Source of the DNA: an uncultured Chthonomonadaceae bacterium
GTDB taxonomy: Bacteria > Armatimonadota > Chthonomonadetes > Chthonomonadales > Chthonomonadaceae
DNA length: 64,000 bases
Reading direction: 5' to 3'
Assembly: GCA_963835065.1 (NCBI GenBank)
Contig: CAWIEK010000002.1
Location: 128,001-192,000, forward strand
Part shown: in pieces, positions 51,996-62,059 of the stretch
Position numbering within the stretch: the first letter of the stretch is position 1
Layout of the letters: the number at the start of each line of letters is the position of its first letter
Notes under the pieces: model-generated
Database searches by the model: none
What the model saw: only the letters and a program-made list of their open reading frames with translations
What the model was told of the DNA's origin: nothing
Position numbers and translations under genes: made by a program

Positions 51996-52616
51996 TTAAC
52001 TCTCAACCATCACGCCTACGGCGGCGGGGAGGCGTGGGCGCAGGACGCGCAGTTGCAGGTCACGGCGGTAGACGTGGCGGAACATATCGCCGCGCTGTTC
52101 CAGAGCGCGCGCTTCATCGGGCAGGTCGGCTTCCGCGCCCGCGTAGAGAATCACCACATCGTCGCTGATGTCGCAAAACAATTCCTGTACGCGGTTCTGG
52201 TGGCCCCGGTCCAGAGCGTCGGCAAGACGCAACAGGGGGGCAAGCAGTCCCACGCGCTGCTTGTCGGCTTCGGTCAGGATGCCGAACGCGGTATGTTCAA
52301 CGGCTGGCAGAGCCTTGCGATGGTAACGCGCCAGATTAGCAATCACGGCCTTTTCTTCCCGCGAGAACTCCGGCAGGGGTTCCATCATAATCATTTGCAG
52401 GGCGTGGCGGTGATGCCCCTTGCTGCTGACATAGTAGCCGATGTCGTGCAAAATAGCGGCGTATTCCAGCAGTTTACGGTCGTCGCGCTCCAGTTGGTGC
52501 AGCGACTGAAGTTCCATAAACAGCGTTCCCGCCAGGCATTCCACCTGATGCGCGTGTCCCGCGTCGTAATCGTACCGACGCGCCAGTTCGAGAATAGCGT
52601 TGAGTTTTGGGTTCAT
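51996..52616 (-). CDS. Stand-alone Ppx/GppA C-terminal HD-domain protein
   Basis: HAHQV, LHDIG..HHRH, RYHRK, LRLADALD. Confidence 0.88.
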   Translation of the reverse strand: MNPKLNAILELARRYDYDAGHAHQVECLAGTLFMELQSLHQLERDDRKLLEYAAILHDIGYYVSSKGHHRHALQMIMMEPLPEFSREEKAVIANLARYHRKALPAVEHTAFGILTEADKQRVGLLAPLLRLADALDRGHQNRVQELFCDISDDVVILYAGAEADLPDEARALEQRGDMFRHVYRRDLQLRVLRPRLPAAVGVMVES

Positions 52617-52730
52617 GGTTGGGTAGGTAGACGGTAGACAGTAGACGGTAGACGGTAAATGGAAGATTGTGCTGTGATTTGCGAAGCGAATGAGCGCAAG
52701 GCAATGCAGAGCGTACCTTCCGTCTACCGT

Positions 52731-53864
52731 CTACCGTCTACTGTCTACCTCCTGAAAACGATCATACACCAGCCCCCAGCGGAGGCCGCGCGTACTGATG
52801 GCGATAGACGGCGCGGAAAGACGCGCCATAGCGTGGGAAAGCAGAATCGCTCCCCCTAAAATAATATCGGCGCGGCGCGGGTCAAGGCCGGGAATTTGTT
52901 CGCGCTGCGCAACGGTGCTGGATGCCAGCAGTTCGATATGCCGGCCCAGTTGGTCGGCAGTCAGCAAATGGCCGTGCAGGGGTTCGGGGCCGTATTTGCC
53001 GCCCTGATCCATGGAGCCTAAATTGGTGACGGTTCCCCCCACGCCAACAAGGGCATACTCTTCCGAGGCCGCAAACGAAACGGCAGGCGACGGATTGGAA
53101 GACGCGCCGGTGTGAACCAACGCGCCGGTATTGGAAACATCGCCGCCATGAGCAGACCCAATGGACTCCTCATCTATGCGCTCGAAAGCTTTGAGGACAG
53201 CGGCGTTGGCGTCCTGCAATTGCTGCACGGTGGGCGGGTCGGAGCGTAAAAACTGCTCGGTCAGTTTCACGGCTCCATAGTTGACGCTGATGCGGGCGGC
53301 AATGTCGCTGCTGTGGAGGGTTCCCTGTATGATTTCCGTGCTGCCGCCGCCAATATCTATCACGCGCAGGAGCGGACGACTGCGCCAATGCGGGTCGCGC
53401 CGTACGGCAAGGTAGGACAGGCGGGCCTCTTCCTGACCAGGTATCACGTCAATGTTCAATCCCAATCGTTCCTGCGCGCGGGCAAGAAACTCGTCCCGAT
53501 TTTCCGCGTCCCGCAGAGCGGCGGTTCCCACAGCGGCAAACGCCTGCGCCTGATGTTCCCGGCCCGCAGCCACCAGTTCCGCCAGCGCGTCCAGCGTTCG
53601 GCGCATGGCGGCTTCGCGCAGTCGGTTGCCCTGCGCCTGCATCCCTTCGCCCAGTCGCGTGATAATCGTCTGCTCAAAAATTCGTTCCGCCCGCCCGTCC
53701 GCCAAATCCGCCACAATCATCTTCACCGAATTCGTGCCGACATCAATACCGGCATATAGTTGGGTGTTGGGTGTTGGGTGTTGGGTGTTGGGTAAGGATG
53801 AATCCTCTCCTTCTGTTCCCTGTTTCCTGTTCCCTGTTCCCTCACTTATTCCTTCCTCACTCAT
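52731..53864 (-). CDS. ppx: Ppx/GppA exopolyphosphatase (ASKHA domains only)
   Basis: IDVGTNSVK, TAALRDA, EEARL, DIGGGSTE, RADII..G, GLRWG. Confidence 0.88.
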   Translation of the reverse strand: MSEEGISEGTGNRKQGTEGEDSSLPNTQHPTPNTQLYAGIDVGTNSVKMIVADLADGRAERIFEQTIITRLGEGMQAQGNRLREAAMRRTLDALAELVAAGREHQAQAFAAVGTAALRDAENRDEFLARAQERLGLNIDVIPGQEEARLSYLAVRRDPHWRSRPLLRVIDIGGGSTEIIQGTLHSSDIAARISVNYGAVKLTEQFLRSDPPTVQQLQDANAAVLKAFERIDEESIGSAHGGDVSNTGALVHTGASSNPSPAVSFAASEEYALVGVGGTVTNLGSMDQGGKYGPEPLHGHLLTADQLGRHIELLASSTVAQREQIPGLDPRRADIILGGAILLSHAMARLSAPSIAISTRGLRWGLVYDRFQEVDSRR

Positions 53865-54763
53865 GCGCGTCCTCCGTGCTGCGAACGGGTTCTGCTTGCC
53901 CGCTCAGGGCGTACAAGCGGTCGCTGGCTTCGGCCACGTCTTCGGCCAGGCGGGCTTGCGTTTTGCGATCCAGTTCTGTTTGAGGCAGGGCTTCTCCCAG
54001 GGCTTCGCGCAAGCGGCGCAGGCGGCGGAGGGCGCGTTCCTGATCTTTTTCTCCCCCCTGCGCCAATGCCTGTTGCCAGGCGGGAACCCCGGCGGCAAAC
54101 CGTACCAGTTCGCGTAGCAGGCGGGCGCGAAAATCCGGCGCGAACCGACTGGTCAGCAGCAGAACAATCTCTTCCCGCGTAACTTGCAGTTCCAGCCGCC
54201 ACAACGGCAGGGCTTCCGGCACATTCAATTCACCTGCGGGCTGTTTCGCCTGAACTGTTGACAGGAAAGAGGAGTGCGCCTGCTCTGCAAAGATTTTCGT
54301 CGTGTTTCCATTTGACGCTTCTGCTGCAACGGTTTCAGTAAGGACCGGCTCCGGCAGAATCGGGCGCGTTTGCCAGGAACGTCTGGATATGCCGCGCCTT
54401 GATTTCGCTCATCCCCGGCACGGCCAGCAATTGTTCCAAACTCGCGCTTCGCAACAGCGCCAGGCTAGTCAGCCCCGCCTTTTCCAGCGCCCGAATCCGT
54501 ATCGGTCCCAGGCCGGGAATGTCGCGGGGAACGCGCGGCCCCGTTTCGAGCGACGGCGCGTTCAGGCTTAACGGCGCTGCCGGGCTTAACGGGCTTGACG
54601 GCGCGGGCAGGGGCGTTTGCGTCCTGTCTTTGCTTGCCTTGTCGCCCTTGCTGCCCCGGCTTGCCTGCTTTTTCCGGGGCGGCAACGCGGCGGCGGGCGG
54701 CGGCGATGTGTCCCGGTTCGCCGGGCGCGCGCGGGGTTTGCGGGGTTTGTCTGTCGGCGGCAT
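53857..54763 (-). CDS. Helix-hairpin-helix protein with one +1 frameshift near 54362
   Basis: DIPGLGP..L..AG and AVPGMSEIKA HhH motifs; GAGGAG RBS; removing one base joins it to ORF 53857..54228 (301 aa). Confidence 0.7.
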
Positions 54764-55655
54764 CCGGCTCCTCATAGGTTGAAGGTTGAGGGTTGAGGGT
54801 TGGGGGGGCAGGCAAGGATGAAGGATGAAGGATGAAGGATGAATCCATTGCCGATTTTCGATTACCGATTGCCGATTGAATTCCTTCTGTTCCCTGTTCC
54901 CTGTTCCCTGTTCCCTGTCCTGCTGTCTTCTCTTCTCCTTTTCTTCCTTCAATTCCCTGATTGCGCGTAAGCAGGTGGCGCAGGTTTTCAAAGACTTGAT
55001 TGGCGCGTATCTGCTGCCATTCCTGCGTTAATTGGGCGTAGCGGGCGTCGCGTTCGGCGCGGAGTTGGGCGCACAGCGTGAGCAATCCATCGCAAGCGGC
55101 GTAATCCACCTGATGTACGCCCACGATAGGAAGCGCTTTGGCCGATTTGCCGGACTTGTCGGACTTATGGACATGAGCCGTCTTATCGGCGTTGGCAGGC
55201 TTGCCGGATTTAGCGGAATGGGCATTATACGCGGCGCTTTTTGTTTTGCTTTGCTCACTTTTGACTTCGTTCATGCCCGCTTGTTCGGCGGCGGTTGGCA
55301 GGCCATACCCATTTTTGACAAGGCGGCCCAAATGTTGCAATATCTCTGGAACCAACACGTCGGCGTCATGCAGGACGCCAAGATGCTCCTGCAAATCCTT
55401 GACCACTTGCAAAGCCGCGCCGAACTCCGCTCCGGCATCGGTGTACCGCGTGTAAACCGGCTGAAATACTTCCATTGTATAACGCAGGCGCTTGCCCGCG
55501 ATTCGCATCTCATGAAGTTTGTACACATTGTCGGGATTGGACAGGCAGGATTCGTAAGACAGCAATTCGTCCACGCGCTGTGTAATCAACTCGGCGGCAT
55601 TGATGAGAATAGGACGACGCGGATTGACTTTTGGAGGTGACTTTGCTTTTGCCAT
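54465..55655 (-). CDS. Half-CHAD domain protein with long low-complexity tail
   Basis: LHEMRIAGKRLRYTME, LQEHLGVLHDADV. Confidence 0.85.
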   Translation of the reverse strand: MAKAKSPPKVNPRRPILINAAELITQRVDELLSYESCLSNPDNVYKLHEMRIAGKRLRYTMEVFQPVYTRYTDAGAEFGAALQVVKDLQEHLGVLHDADVLVPEILQHLGRLVKNGYGLPTAAEQAGMNEVKSEQSKTKSAAYNAHSAKSGKPANADKTAHVHKSDKSGKSAKALPIVGVHQVDYAACDGLLTLCAQLRAERDARYAQLTQEWQQIRANQVFENLRHLLTRNQGIEGRKGEEKTAGQGTGNREQGTEGIQSAIGNRKSAMDSSFILHPSSLPAPPTLNPQPSTYEEPDAADRQTPQTPRAPGEPGHIAAARRRVAAPEKAGKPGQQGRQGKQRQDANAPARAVKPVKPGSAVKPERAVARNGAARSPRHSRPGTDTDSGAGKGGAD

Positions 55656-56254
55656 TACGTTGCCTTCCTCTTTGTCCCGGACGCGCTTACATCGTGTTCC
55701 ACAGGCTGTTCCATTGTGGAAGCGGACGGGGTGGGGATTTGCGCCGGCAGTTCTATGGTTGCCGCCTTGAACCCCTGTTTGTCGGCCAGATGGCGCAGGT
55801 GTGCCTTGAGATCGCGTTTTTCCAGATGCTTTACCGAAGTCGTTACTGCCTGCTGCCGGTCGGCGCGCTGCGCGTGAAGGTAATCCATAAAACTTTCCAC
55901 GCCGCCGCGCTGCTCTGCGGGCAGGCTTTCCATGCGACTTTGCAGCGTTTCCAGCATTACGTCCAGGTCGCGCGCCGCGCCTAATGCGCGCGTCACAATT
56001 TTGACTTCCTGAACAATGTGGGCGTAGGCACTGGCAGCCTCGCCGTCTTCAAAGCATACGCTGAACACATCCAGCGCGGCGCGCGAACGCCGGGACCAGA
56101 CGCGCATCTGATGAATGGGGCGCGTTTCCCTGCCGCCTGCCGCGCCTTCCGTATGCGCCAGCATTTTGTCCAGGCGCTCGGCCAGGACTCCCACGCCATA
56201 ATCGCAAAAGTCCGGCGGACCGACACCCTTCCGCTTGGTAGATTTACGCGCCAT
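55655..56254 (-). CDS. Half-CHAD domain protein
   Basis: IHQMRVWSRRSRAAL, LGAARDLDV; stop overlaps the next start. Confidence 0.85.
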   Translation of the reverse strand: MARKSTKRKGVGPPDFCDYGVGVLAERLDKMLAHTEGAAGGRETRPIHQMRVWSRRSRAALDVFSVCFEDGEAASAYAHIVQEVKIVTRALGAARDLDVMLETLQSRMESLPAEQRGGVESFMDYLHAQRADRQQAVTTSVKHLEKRDLKAHLRHLADKQGFKAATIELPAQIPTPSASTMEQPVEHDVSASGTKRKAT

Positions 56255-56402
56255 AGTAATTGCTCACCGATTCCCTTCCACAGAAGCAAACCGCTCTAAA
56301 ACTGAACGCCGACGAGAAAGCGCGGCATGACCGCAGCCAATGCTGTTCTTCATCCCTATTCGCGTTTATTCATGTTCATTCGCGGCTATTCTAAACAAAC
56401 GC

Positions 56403-57059
56403 TTACTCGGCAAAGATGTCGCGCAGATCGTGTTCCCGATCCGCGCCTACCAGGGCAATCACGCTGTCGCCAATCTCAAAACGGGTGTCCGCAGCCGGCA
56501 GAATGGCGTGGTCGTTGCGAATCACGCTGATAATCAGGGCTTCGGCGGGCAGTTTTAGCGCGCGTATTTCCTGCTCCACAACGGGCGACCTGGGGCCGAT
56601 TTCCACTTCCACGATCTCGATGTTGCCCCGGTTCAAAGCGGCCAGGGGAATCACTTCGCCGCCGCCCACTTCCTGCTCAATGAGATTGTAAATGATTTTG
56701 GTGGAACTGACTGTCGCGTCTATGCCCAATTTGTGAAACAGCGCTTCGTTGCGCGGGTCGTTGACGCGGGAAATGGTGCGCGGAACATTGTGTTCCATTT
56801 TCGCCATCTGGCAAACAACCAGATTGTCGTCGTCGCTGCCCGTTGCCGCCACAACCGCATCCGCGCGCCCGAAGCCCGCCTGATTCTGCTGCGCCACTTC
56901 GCACCCGTCGCCCTGCATCACCACTTCGCCCAATTCTTCCGAAATGGTGCGGTAGCGCGTCCGGTCTTTTTCCATTAACAAAACTTCATGCCGGGCGGAT
57001 ACCAGCGTCTTCGCCAGATAATAGCCGATGTTGCCCCCGCCTACGATGATGATGTACAT
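56403..57059 (-). CDS. TrkA/KtrA-type RCK_N plus RCK_C protein
   Basis: IVGGGNIG, GDG, ATGSDDDNL. Confidence 0.9.
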   Translation of the reverse strand: MYIIIVGGGNIGYYLAKTLVSARHEVLLMEKDRTRYRTISEELGEVVMQGDGCEVAQQNQAGFGRADAVVAATGSDDDNLVVCQMAKMEHNVPRTISRVNDPRNEALFHKLGIDATVSSTKIIYNLIEQEVGGGEVIPLAALNRGNIEIVEVEIGPRSPVVEQEIRALKLPAEALIISVIRNDHAILPAADTRFEIGDSVIALVGADREHDLRDIFAE

Positions 57060-57197
57060 GATGCAATCCTTTGGGTAGACGGTAGACGGTAGACGGTAGA
57101 ATCCCGTCCTTGCAGTTGGTTCCTGTGGCGCAAGTTTTTAGTAAATGGGTATTGCTACCGTCTACCGTCTACCGTCTACCGTCTACCGTCTACCTCC

Positions 57198-57650
57198 TCA
57201 AACATTCGCCGTCAGATATTCCTGCGAGTAGTCTTTGGCAAGTCCCCATTCGCCGTTGGTCACGAAGTCGCGCATCAGGCCGGTGGCGATGGTGGTGGTG
57301 CAAAGCGTGGTGATGCCCAACTGACGGTAGCGGTCGGCGCGGACGGGGTCGTAAATACGCGCAATGACTGTTTTGACCTGAAATACATGCTGCGCGATCT
57401 GCGCCGCCATGATATTGCGGTTATCGCCTTGCGACACGGCGATGAAAACGTTTGCGTTTTCAATGCCTGCTCGCCTCAACACATCTTCATCAATACCGTT
57501 GCCGACGATGCGATTGCCCCGGAATTTGGTTCCCAAACGCCGAAACGATTCACTCTGCAAATCTATGATGGTAACGTTATGGCCTTCGCGGTGCATCAGG
57601 CGCGCAAACGTGGAGCCGACGCGCCCGCAGCCCAGAATGACAATGTTCAT
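57198..57650 (-). CDS. TrkA-N (RCK_N) protein
   Basis: ILGCGRVG, GDNRNI, ARIYDP. Confidence 0.9.
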   Translation of the reverse strand: MNIVILGCGRVGSTFARLMHREGHNVTIIDLQSESFRRLGTKFRGNRIVGNGIDEDVLRRAGIENANVFIAVSQGDNRNIMAAQIAQHVFQVKTVIARIYDPVRADRYRQLGITTLCTTTIATGLMRDFVTNGEWGLAKDYSQEYLTANV

Positions 57651-58048
57651 GGTTTCGTCCTCTCGTTTCACTTCAGGCGGAAACAGCGACGCCCGCTTGA
57701 AGATGCTTTCTAGTATACACCAAACGGCGCATAACGATAATGCCCGCGAAGTATGGTTGTATACCCCACGCAAACCGAACTTTCCTGCTTTTTCGCGCTT
57801 TTCTGATTTCAATTGGGTAAAATACGGGTGGCGAAGCGATTGTATCCGTTATCCATGCCGGATGTTCGTCTCGGAAAAGGCTTGTCTTGCGGTCAAAACA
57901 ATGGTAAATCTGTTCAGACAAGCGCCATTGCAAGCGAGGAAGATGCAGAGAAGCGTTTGTTACGCCGATACTCAACTACCGGAAACATGAACCCTAAAAC
58001 CCTAAAACCTTAACTACCTGAAACCCTGAATTCACGAGAGGAACGCTT

Positions 58049-58618
58049 GTGCGCAACCCGAAGAACCATCCCCACCTGCTTCACGCCGATAGCGCCGTAC
58101 TGGTTGTCGTAGATATGCAGGAGCCGTTTTTACGCGGCATTTATGAACAGCAGCGCGTCGTGGACAATGTTCGCGCCTTGATGCAGGGCGCGAATGTGCT
58201 GCGCGTACCCATCATCGGAACCACGCAATATGCCGAGAAAATGGGAGACGTGATTGAACCCGTACGGAGCCTGCTGCCGACGCAATTGCCGCCCTTCGAC
58301 AAACTGACGTTCAGCGGCATGGGATCGCCCGCGTTTGCGTCCGAACTGAGGCGCGCGGGGCGTCGGCAAGTGCTGCTGTGCGGCGTGGAGGCGCATATCT
58401 GTATCAGCCAGACCGCCCACGACATGCAGGCGGCAGACTATCAAGTCCATGTCGTTACGGATGCCACCTCCTCGCGCTCGGAAGCCAACTGGCGATTAGG
58501 GCTGGAAAAAATGCGCGCGGGTCGCATCCTGCTCACGTCCGTCGAAATGGCGCTTTACGAATTGCTGCACGAGGCCGGTACGCAGGATTTCCGCGACATA
58601 CTAAAAATCGTTAAGTAA
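58049..58618 (+). CDS. Isochorismatase-family hydrolase
   Basis: VVDMQE, TTQY, KLTFS, GVEAHICISQT. Confidence 0.92.
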   Translation: MRNPKNHPHLLHADSAVLVVVDMQEPFLRGIYEQQRVVDNVRALMQGANVLRVPIIGTTQYAEKMGDVIEPVRSLLPTQLPPFDKLTFSGMGSPAFASELRRAGRRQVLLCGVEAHICISQTAHDMQAADYQVHVVTDATSSRSEANWRLGLEKMRAGRILLTSVEMALYELLHEAGTQDFRDILKIVK

Positions 58619-58627
58619 TCGTCCGTT

Positions 58628-58665
58628 GGCTCAGGCATTTCATTCATAGGGATTAAGCCTGAGCC
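58628..58665. terminator. Hairpin between convergent genes
   Basis: GGCTCAGGC / GCCTGAGCC perfect stem with a long loop. Confidence 0.45.
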
Positions 58666-58720
58666 GGTAAATACGTACAAAAGCCACCTTCAACCGGCGA
58701 GCCAGGTAGATACAGGGTTC

Positions 58721-58993
58721 TCAGTGCAAAAAGTCGCCTTTGGGCCGATCCTTTGGCGGCGGTGGCGGTGGTGGTGCGCCTTCTTCCAGATCATCGAGGG
58801 GCATCGTGTCCAGCAAGTAGGTGACAAGGGCATCCTCCGCAACCTCTTTTTTGGAGGTCAGCCGCAGCAGTTCCAGCGCGCGGGGGTCATCTTCCGCACC
58901 GAACAATTCGCGCAGCAACCCCATCAGATTGTCGCTCGCCTGGCGAAGCGAATCCTCCAGGCGCTCCAACTCCTTATCCATGTGTCTTCCCAT
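58721..58993 (-). CDS. Hypothetical protein
   Basis: Helical 90-aa ORF with a poly-Pro tail. Confidence 0.55.
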   Translation of the reverse strand: MGRHMDKELERLEDSLRQASDNLMGLLRELFGAEDDPRALELLRLTSKKEVAEDALVTYLLDTMPLDDLEEGAPPPPPPPKDRPKGDFLH

Positions 58994-59431
58994 AATGATA
59001 TGTCGCTGTAAAATCTAAAAAGCCAGAAGGCCGCGTATAGAGTAATTAGGTGTGAAATCTTTCTGCTATAAGAAGGCGTAGAGTATCAAAGGGCGTAGGA
59101 TGATTTGTATCGGCGGTTTAGACTGCATATCCACCTGATTTTTTACGGCGAATTCTTCTATCCGTTCCTTTACTGTTTACGCGGCAATAAGTTCCTAAAA
59201 TCTGCCGTTTCTCCACGCATCTGTCATTCTTCTCAGCCTCCATCTGTCATAAATGTGTTGTTTCTATGGGACTTCACCCCGTCCTGACGTGTGACGCCTT
59301 GCTGTCTGAGCGCGTATAGAAATTCAGGATGAAGAGAGAAGATATTAGGCATCAGGCAAGAAGACAGAAGACAGAAGACAGAAGCCCAACACCCGACACC
59401 CGACACCCTTTTTCATATCAGGATAACGAAC

Positions 59432-60301
59432 GTGGCAACTTACGGCAGCAAAAAAGACGTGGATGTGGAAGCGGATTTGCATGGCCTGACGGCGGAGCAG
59501 ATGCGCGTGACCCTGCAGCAGCAATGGCCGAAATGGCAAGGCAAGCAGGCGGTGCGGATTATACACGGGCAGGGAACCGTTTTGCGGCCCGAAGTGGAGC
59601 GGTGGTGCCGGGAAATGGGAATTCCTGTTTCCATTGATCCGGGCAATCCGGGCGCGCTGAAAATTTACCCGCGCGAGCGCCATGCGCCGGGCAGCCAGTC
59701 CCCCATCACTTTTGGAACCAGCCTGCGCGACAAGGGCTTGCGCCTGACGCCCGAACAGGAAGCGCAATTGCGCGACCCGCAGGCAATGGAACGGCTTCGG
59801 CGCGCAGAGCAGCAAAAGCGCGAAGCCGAAATCCGCAAAAAGCGCGAGGACGAGGCCACCCGCCGCGCGCAGCAAAAGCGCGACGAAGATTTGTGGCAGA
59901 TGGAAATGGCGCGGCTGGACAAGATGGAACAGAAGCGTTCGGGCGCATTGCCCGAAGACACCAAACCCACTGCGCCCAGGATCGTGCCCCCCTCCGTGAT
60001 GAAAGCGCAGGAAGGCTTGTGGCGCGGCGAACTCGTGCGGGTGGCCGACACGGACGAGGACACGCTCACCACGCAAAAGCGCACGGGATTGGACAAACTC
60101 GCGCCGCCTATGCCGGAAAGTAGGGAACAGGGAACAGGGAACAGGGAACAGGAAGCCGCGCAGCAGCGCGCGCTTACGCCGCTGGAAAAAGCGCGGCTGC
60201 GGCAGCCCAAACGTGACAATGAGGCGGATCAAGATTTGTTCGAGGCGGAATTGGAGCGGTTGTTCGATCCCGATGCCGCCGATTTCCGCCGCCGAACCTG
60301 A
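59432..60301 (+). CDS. Smr-domain protein (N-terminal Smr, then coiled coil)
   Basis: DLHGLT, RIIHGQG.VLR, GNPGA. Confidence 0.8.
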   Translation: MATYGSKKDVDVEADLHGLTAEQMRVTLQQQWPKWQGKQAVRIIHGQGTVLRPEVERWCREMGIPVSIDPGNPGALKIYPRERHAPGSQSPITFGTSLRDKGLRLTPEQEAQLRDPQAMERLRRAEQQKREAEIRKKREDEATRRAQQKRDEDLWQMEMARLDKMEQKRSGALPEDTKPTAPRIVPPSVMKAQEGLWRGELVRVADTDEDTLTTQKRTGLDKLAPPMPESREQGTGNREQEAAQQRALTPLEKARLRQPKRDNEADQDLFEAELERLFDPDAADFRRRT

Positions 60302-60383
60302 ACATAAAGAAAAACCTCAAGGAGAGATAAGAACCGCCAAACACGCGAACTAAACGAAAAAGACAAAAGAAGAACACGATAAG

Positions 60384-60957
60384 GCGGACGGATTGCAACC
60401 AGAAGACTTACCCGGCACAGACCCGAACACGTTGCCCTACTTCATCACCGAAGCGCAAACGGGACCGCAGAGTTCCCGCGCGCTTTGAGCCGCTGACACT
60501 ACAGGACACAGCGGAACTTAACAACGAGGATTGGGAAAACGCCGTGTTCAAACATGTCTGGCCGCAATTATTAACGGATGAGAACACGTTCAAGTTGGTA
60601 CGTGTGTCTTCGACAGACACGCGCATTCAAGGAGTGGCACACGTCGGCAGCGTACTATGGGCGGGAGGATTGCTCGAAAAGAGCCTGCTGGAAGCTGCGC
60701 CGTTCAACTTGCGCGGTCAGCCCATGCAGGCATACCGGGGCGCAGGCCGGACGCTTGTGGCGCGTCTGGTTGTTGAAAGCATCCTGCAAGGCGGGCAGGG
60801 CAGAGTAGGCGTTGTTCCTCGCCCCGGCTCAGAAGCATTTTATCAAAAGCTTGGGTTTCAGCCCGGTAAAATATTTCGGTTGAGTTCGACAAATGCGCAG
60901 GCGCTGCTGCAAACGGCGTTATTGCCGGCGATGGGAACGCAGGAGGAGACAGAATGA
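60384..60957 (+). CDS. GNAT-like protein, copy 1 (extra C near 60465; GCG at the position of the GTG start in the other copies)
   Basis: LLEAAPFN..YRGAGR.LVARL..ES..G..GRV..FY..LGF; aligns with copy 3. Confidence 0.7.
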
Positions 60958-61208
60958 ACACCCCGGAACAACAAATGCGAACCGAACGCGCGCTTCAGCA
61001 GGCGCGTGACCTGATACGGCAGGAGTGGCTTGCGGCAGGCAAAACGAAAGCACAATTAGACCAAGAGGAACAACTTCTCGCGCTTTATAGCCGCCTGCTG
61101 AGTTCAGGACGTTCCGAGGATGAGGTTGATGCCGAATGGGAACACAAAACGCCGGAAGAAATCCTGCGCGAGTACGCCCCGCTCGTTCCTGTGCTGCACA
61201 GCGCGTAA
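60954..61208 (+). CDS. Small partner protein, copy 1
   Basis: ATGA overlap with the GNAT stop; EWEHKTPEEILREYA. Confidence 0.75.
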   Translation: MNTPEQQMRTERALQQARDLIRQEWLAAGKTKAQLDQEEQLLALYSRLLSSGRSEDEVDAEWEHKTPEEILREYAPLVPVLHSA

Positions 61209-61232
61209 GAACAAACTACGCTCGGCTACAAG

Positions 61233-61815
61233 GTGAACGGATTGCAACCAGAAGACTTGCCCGGTACTGAACCCGAACACACTGCCTTATCTCGTTACGG
61301 AAGTGCAGACACAGCGTGTTGTTCCTGTGCGCTTTGAAGCCTTGACACCGGCAGATACGCCTGAACTCAACAATGAGGATTGGGCGCAAGCGGTATTTGC
61401 TCCTGTCTGGCAGCACCTCGTCGGCGTAGAAGGTGTCTTCAAACTGGCGCGAGTAGATGCGCAGGACAAGCGCATCTAGGGATTAGTTCATTTAGGCCTG
61501 CTTGATGGCAGATTTCTCAGACAGAGTTTATTGGAAACGGCTCCTTTTAACCGCAATAGGGGCGTACTACGTGATTACAAAAGGGTTGGGCGCGTATTGG
61601 TGGCGCGTCTGGTAGTGGAAAGTGTCCTGTTGGGCGGGCAGGGTCGCGTAGCAGTGGAACCGCGAACAGGAACTGAAACATTCTATGAGGCGCTCGGTTT
61701 CGCGGCAACTTCTCCTGACAGCCGACATTATATCCTGAGTGCAGAACATGCTCGGAATTTACTGCAAACAGTCTGGCATAATCCAGAGGTGAATGGAGGT
61801 CACAATGAACAATGA
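61233..61815 (+). pseudogene. GNAT-like protein, copy 2 (+1 near 61268; in-frame TAG at 61477)
   Basis: TAG replaces the Gln codon of RIQG seen in copies 1 and 3. Confidence 0.75.
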
Positions 61816-62050
61816 AGAACAACAGATGAGAGCGGAACAAGCCCGACGCATGGCGAAGAAAATCATAGAGGATAGTTGGCTGGCAACGGGAGTAACGCAG
61901 CAGGAACTGGATCGAGACGAGCAAGTTATGCAGGTTTTCAGCCGCTTAGTAGCCTCTGGACGTTCCGAAGAGGACATTATTGTGGAGTGGAAGCATAAAT
62001 CAGCAGAGGAAATTCTGCGCGCGTACGCTATATTTGTACCTGCAAACTGA
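61805..62050 (+). CDS. Small partner protein, copy 2
   Basis: EWKHKSAEEILRAYA; GGAGG RBS. Confidence 0.75.
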   Translation: MNNEEQQMRAEQARRMAKKIIEDSWLATGVTQQELDRDEQVMQVFSRLVASGRSEEDIIVEWKHKSAEEILRAYAIFVPAN

Positions 62051-62059
62051 TGCACCGCT

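Noticed and set aside
61477..61479. Possible amber recoding in GNAT copy 2
   Set aside because: TAG is used as a normal stop elsewhere in the window; a C-to-T change from a Gln codon is simpler
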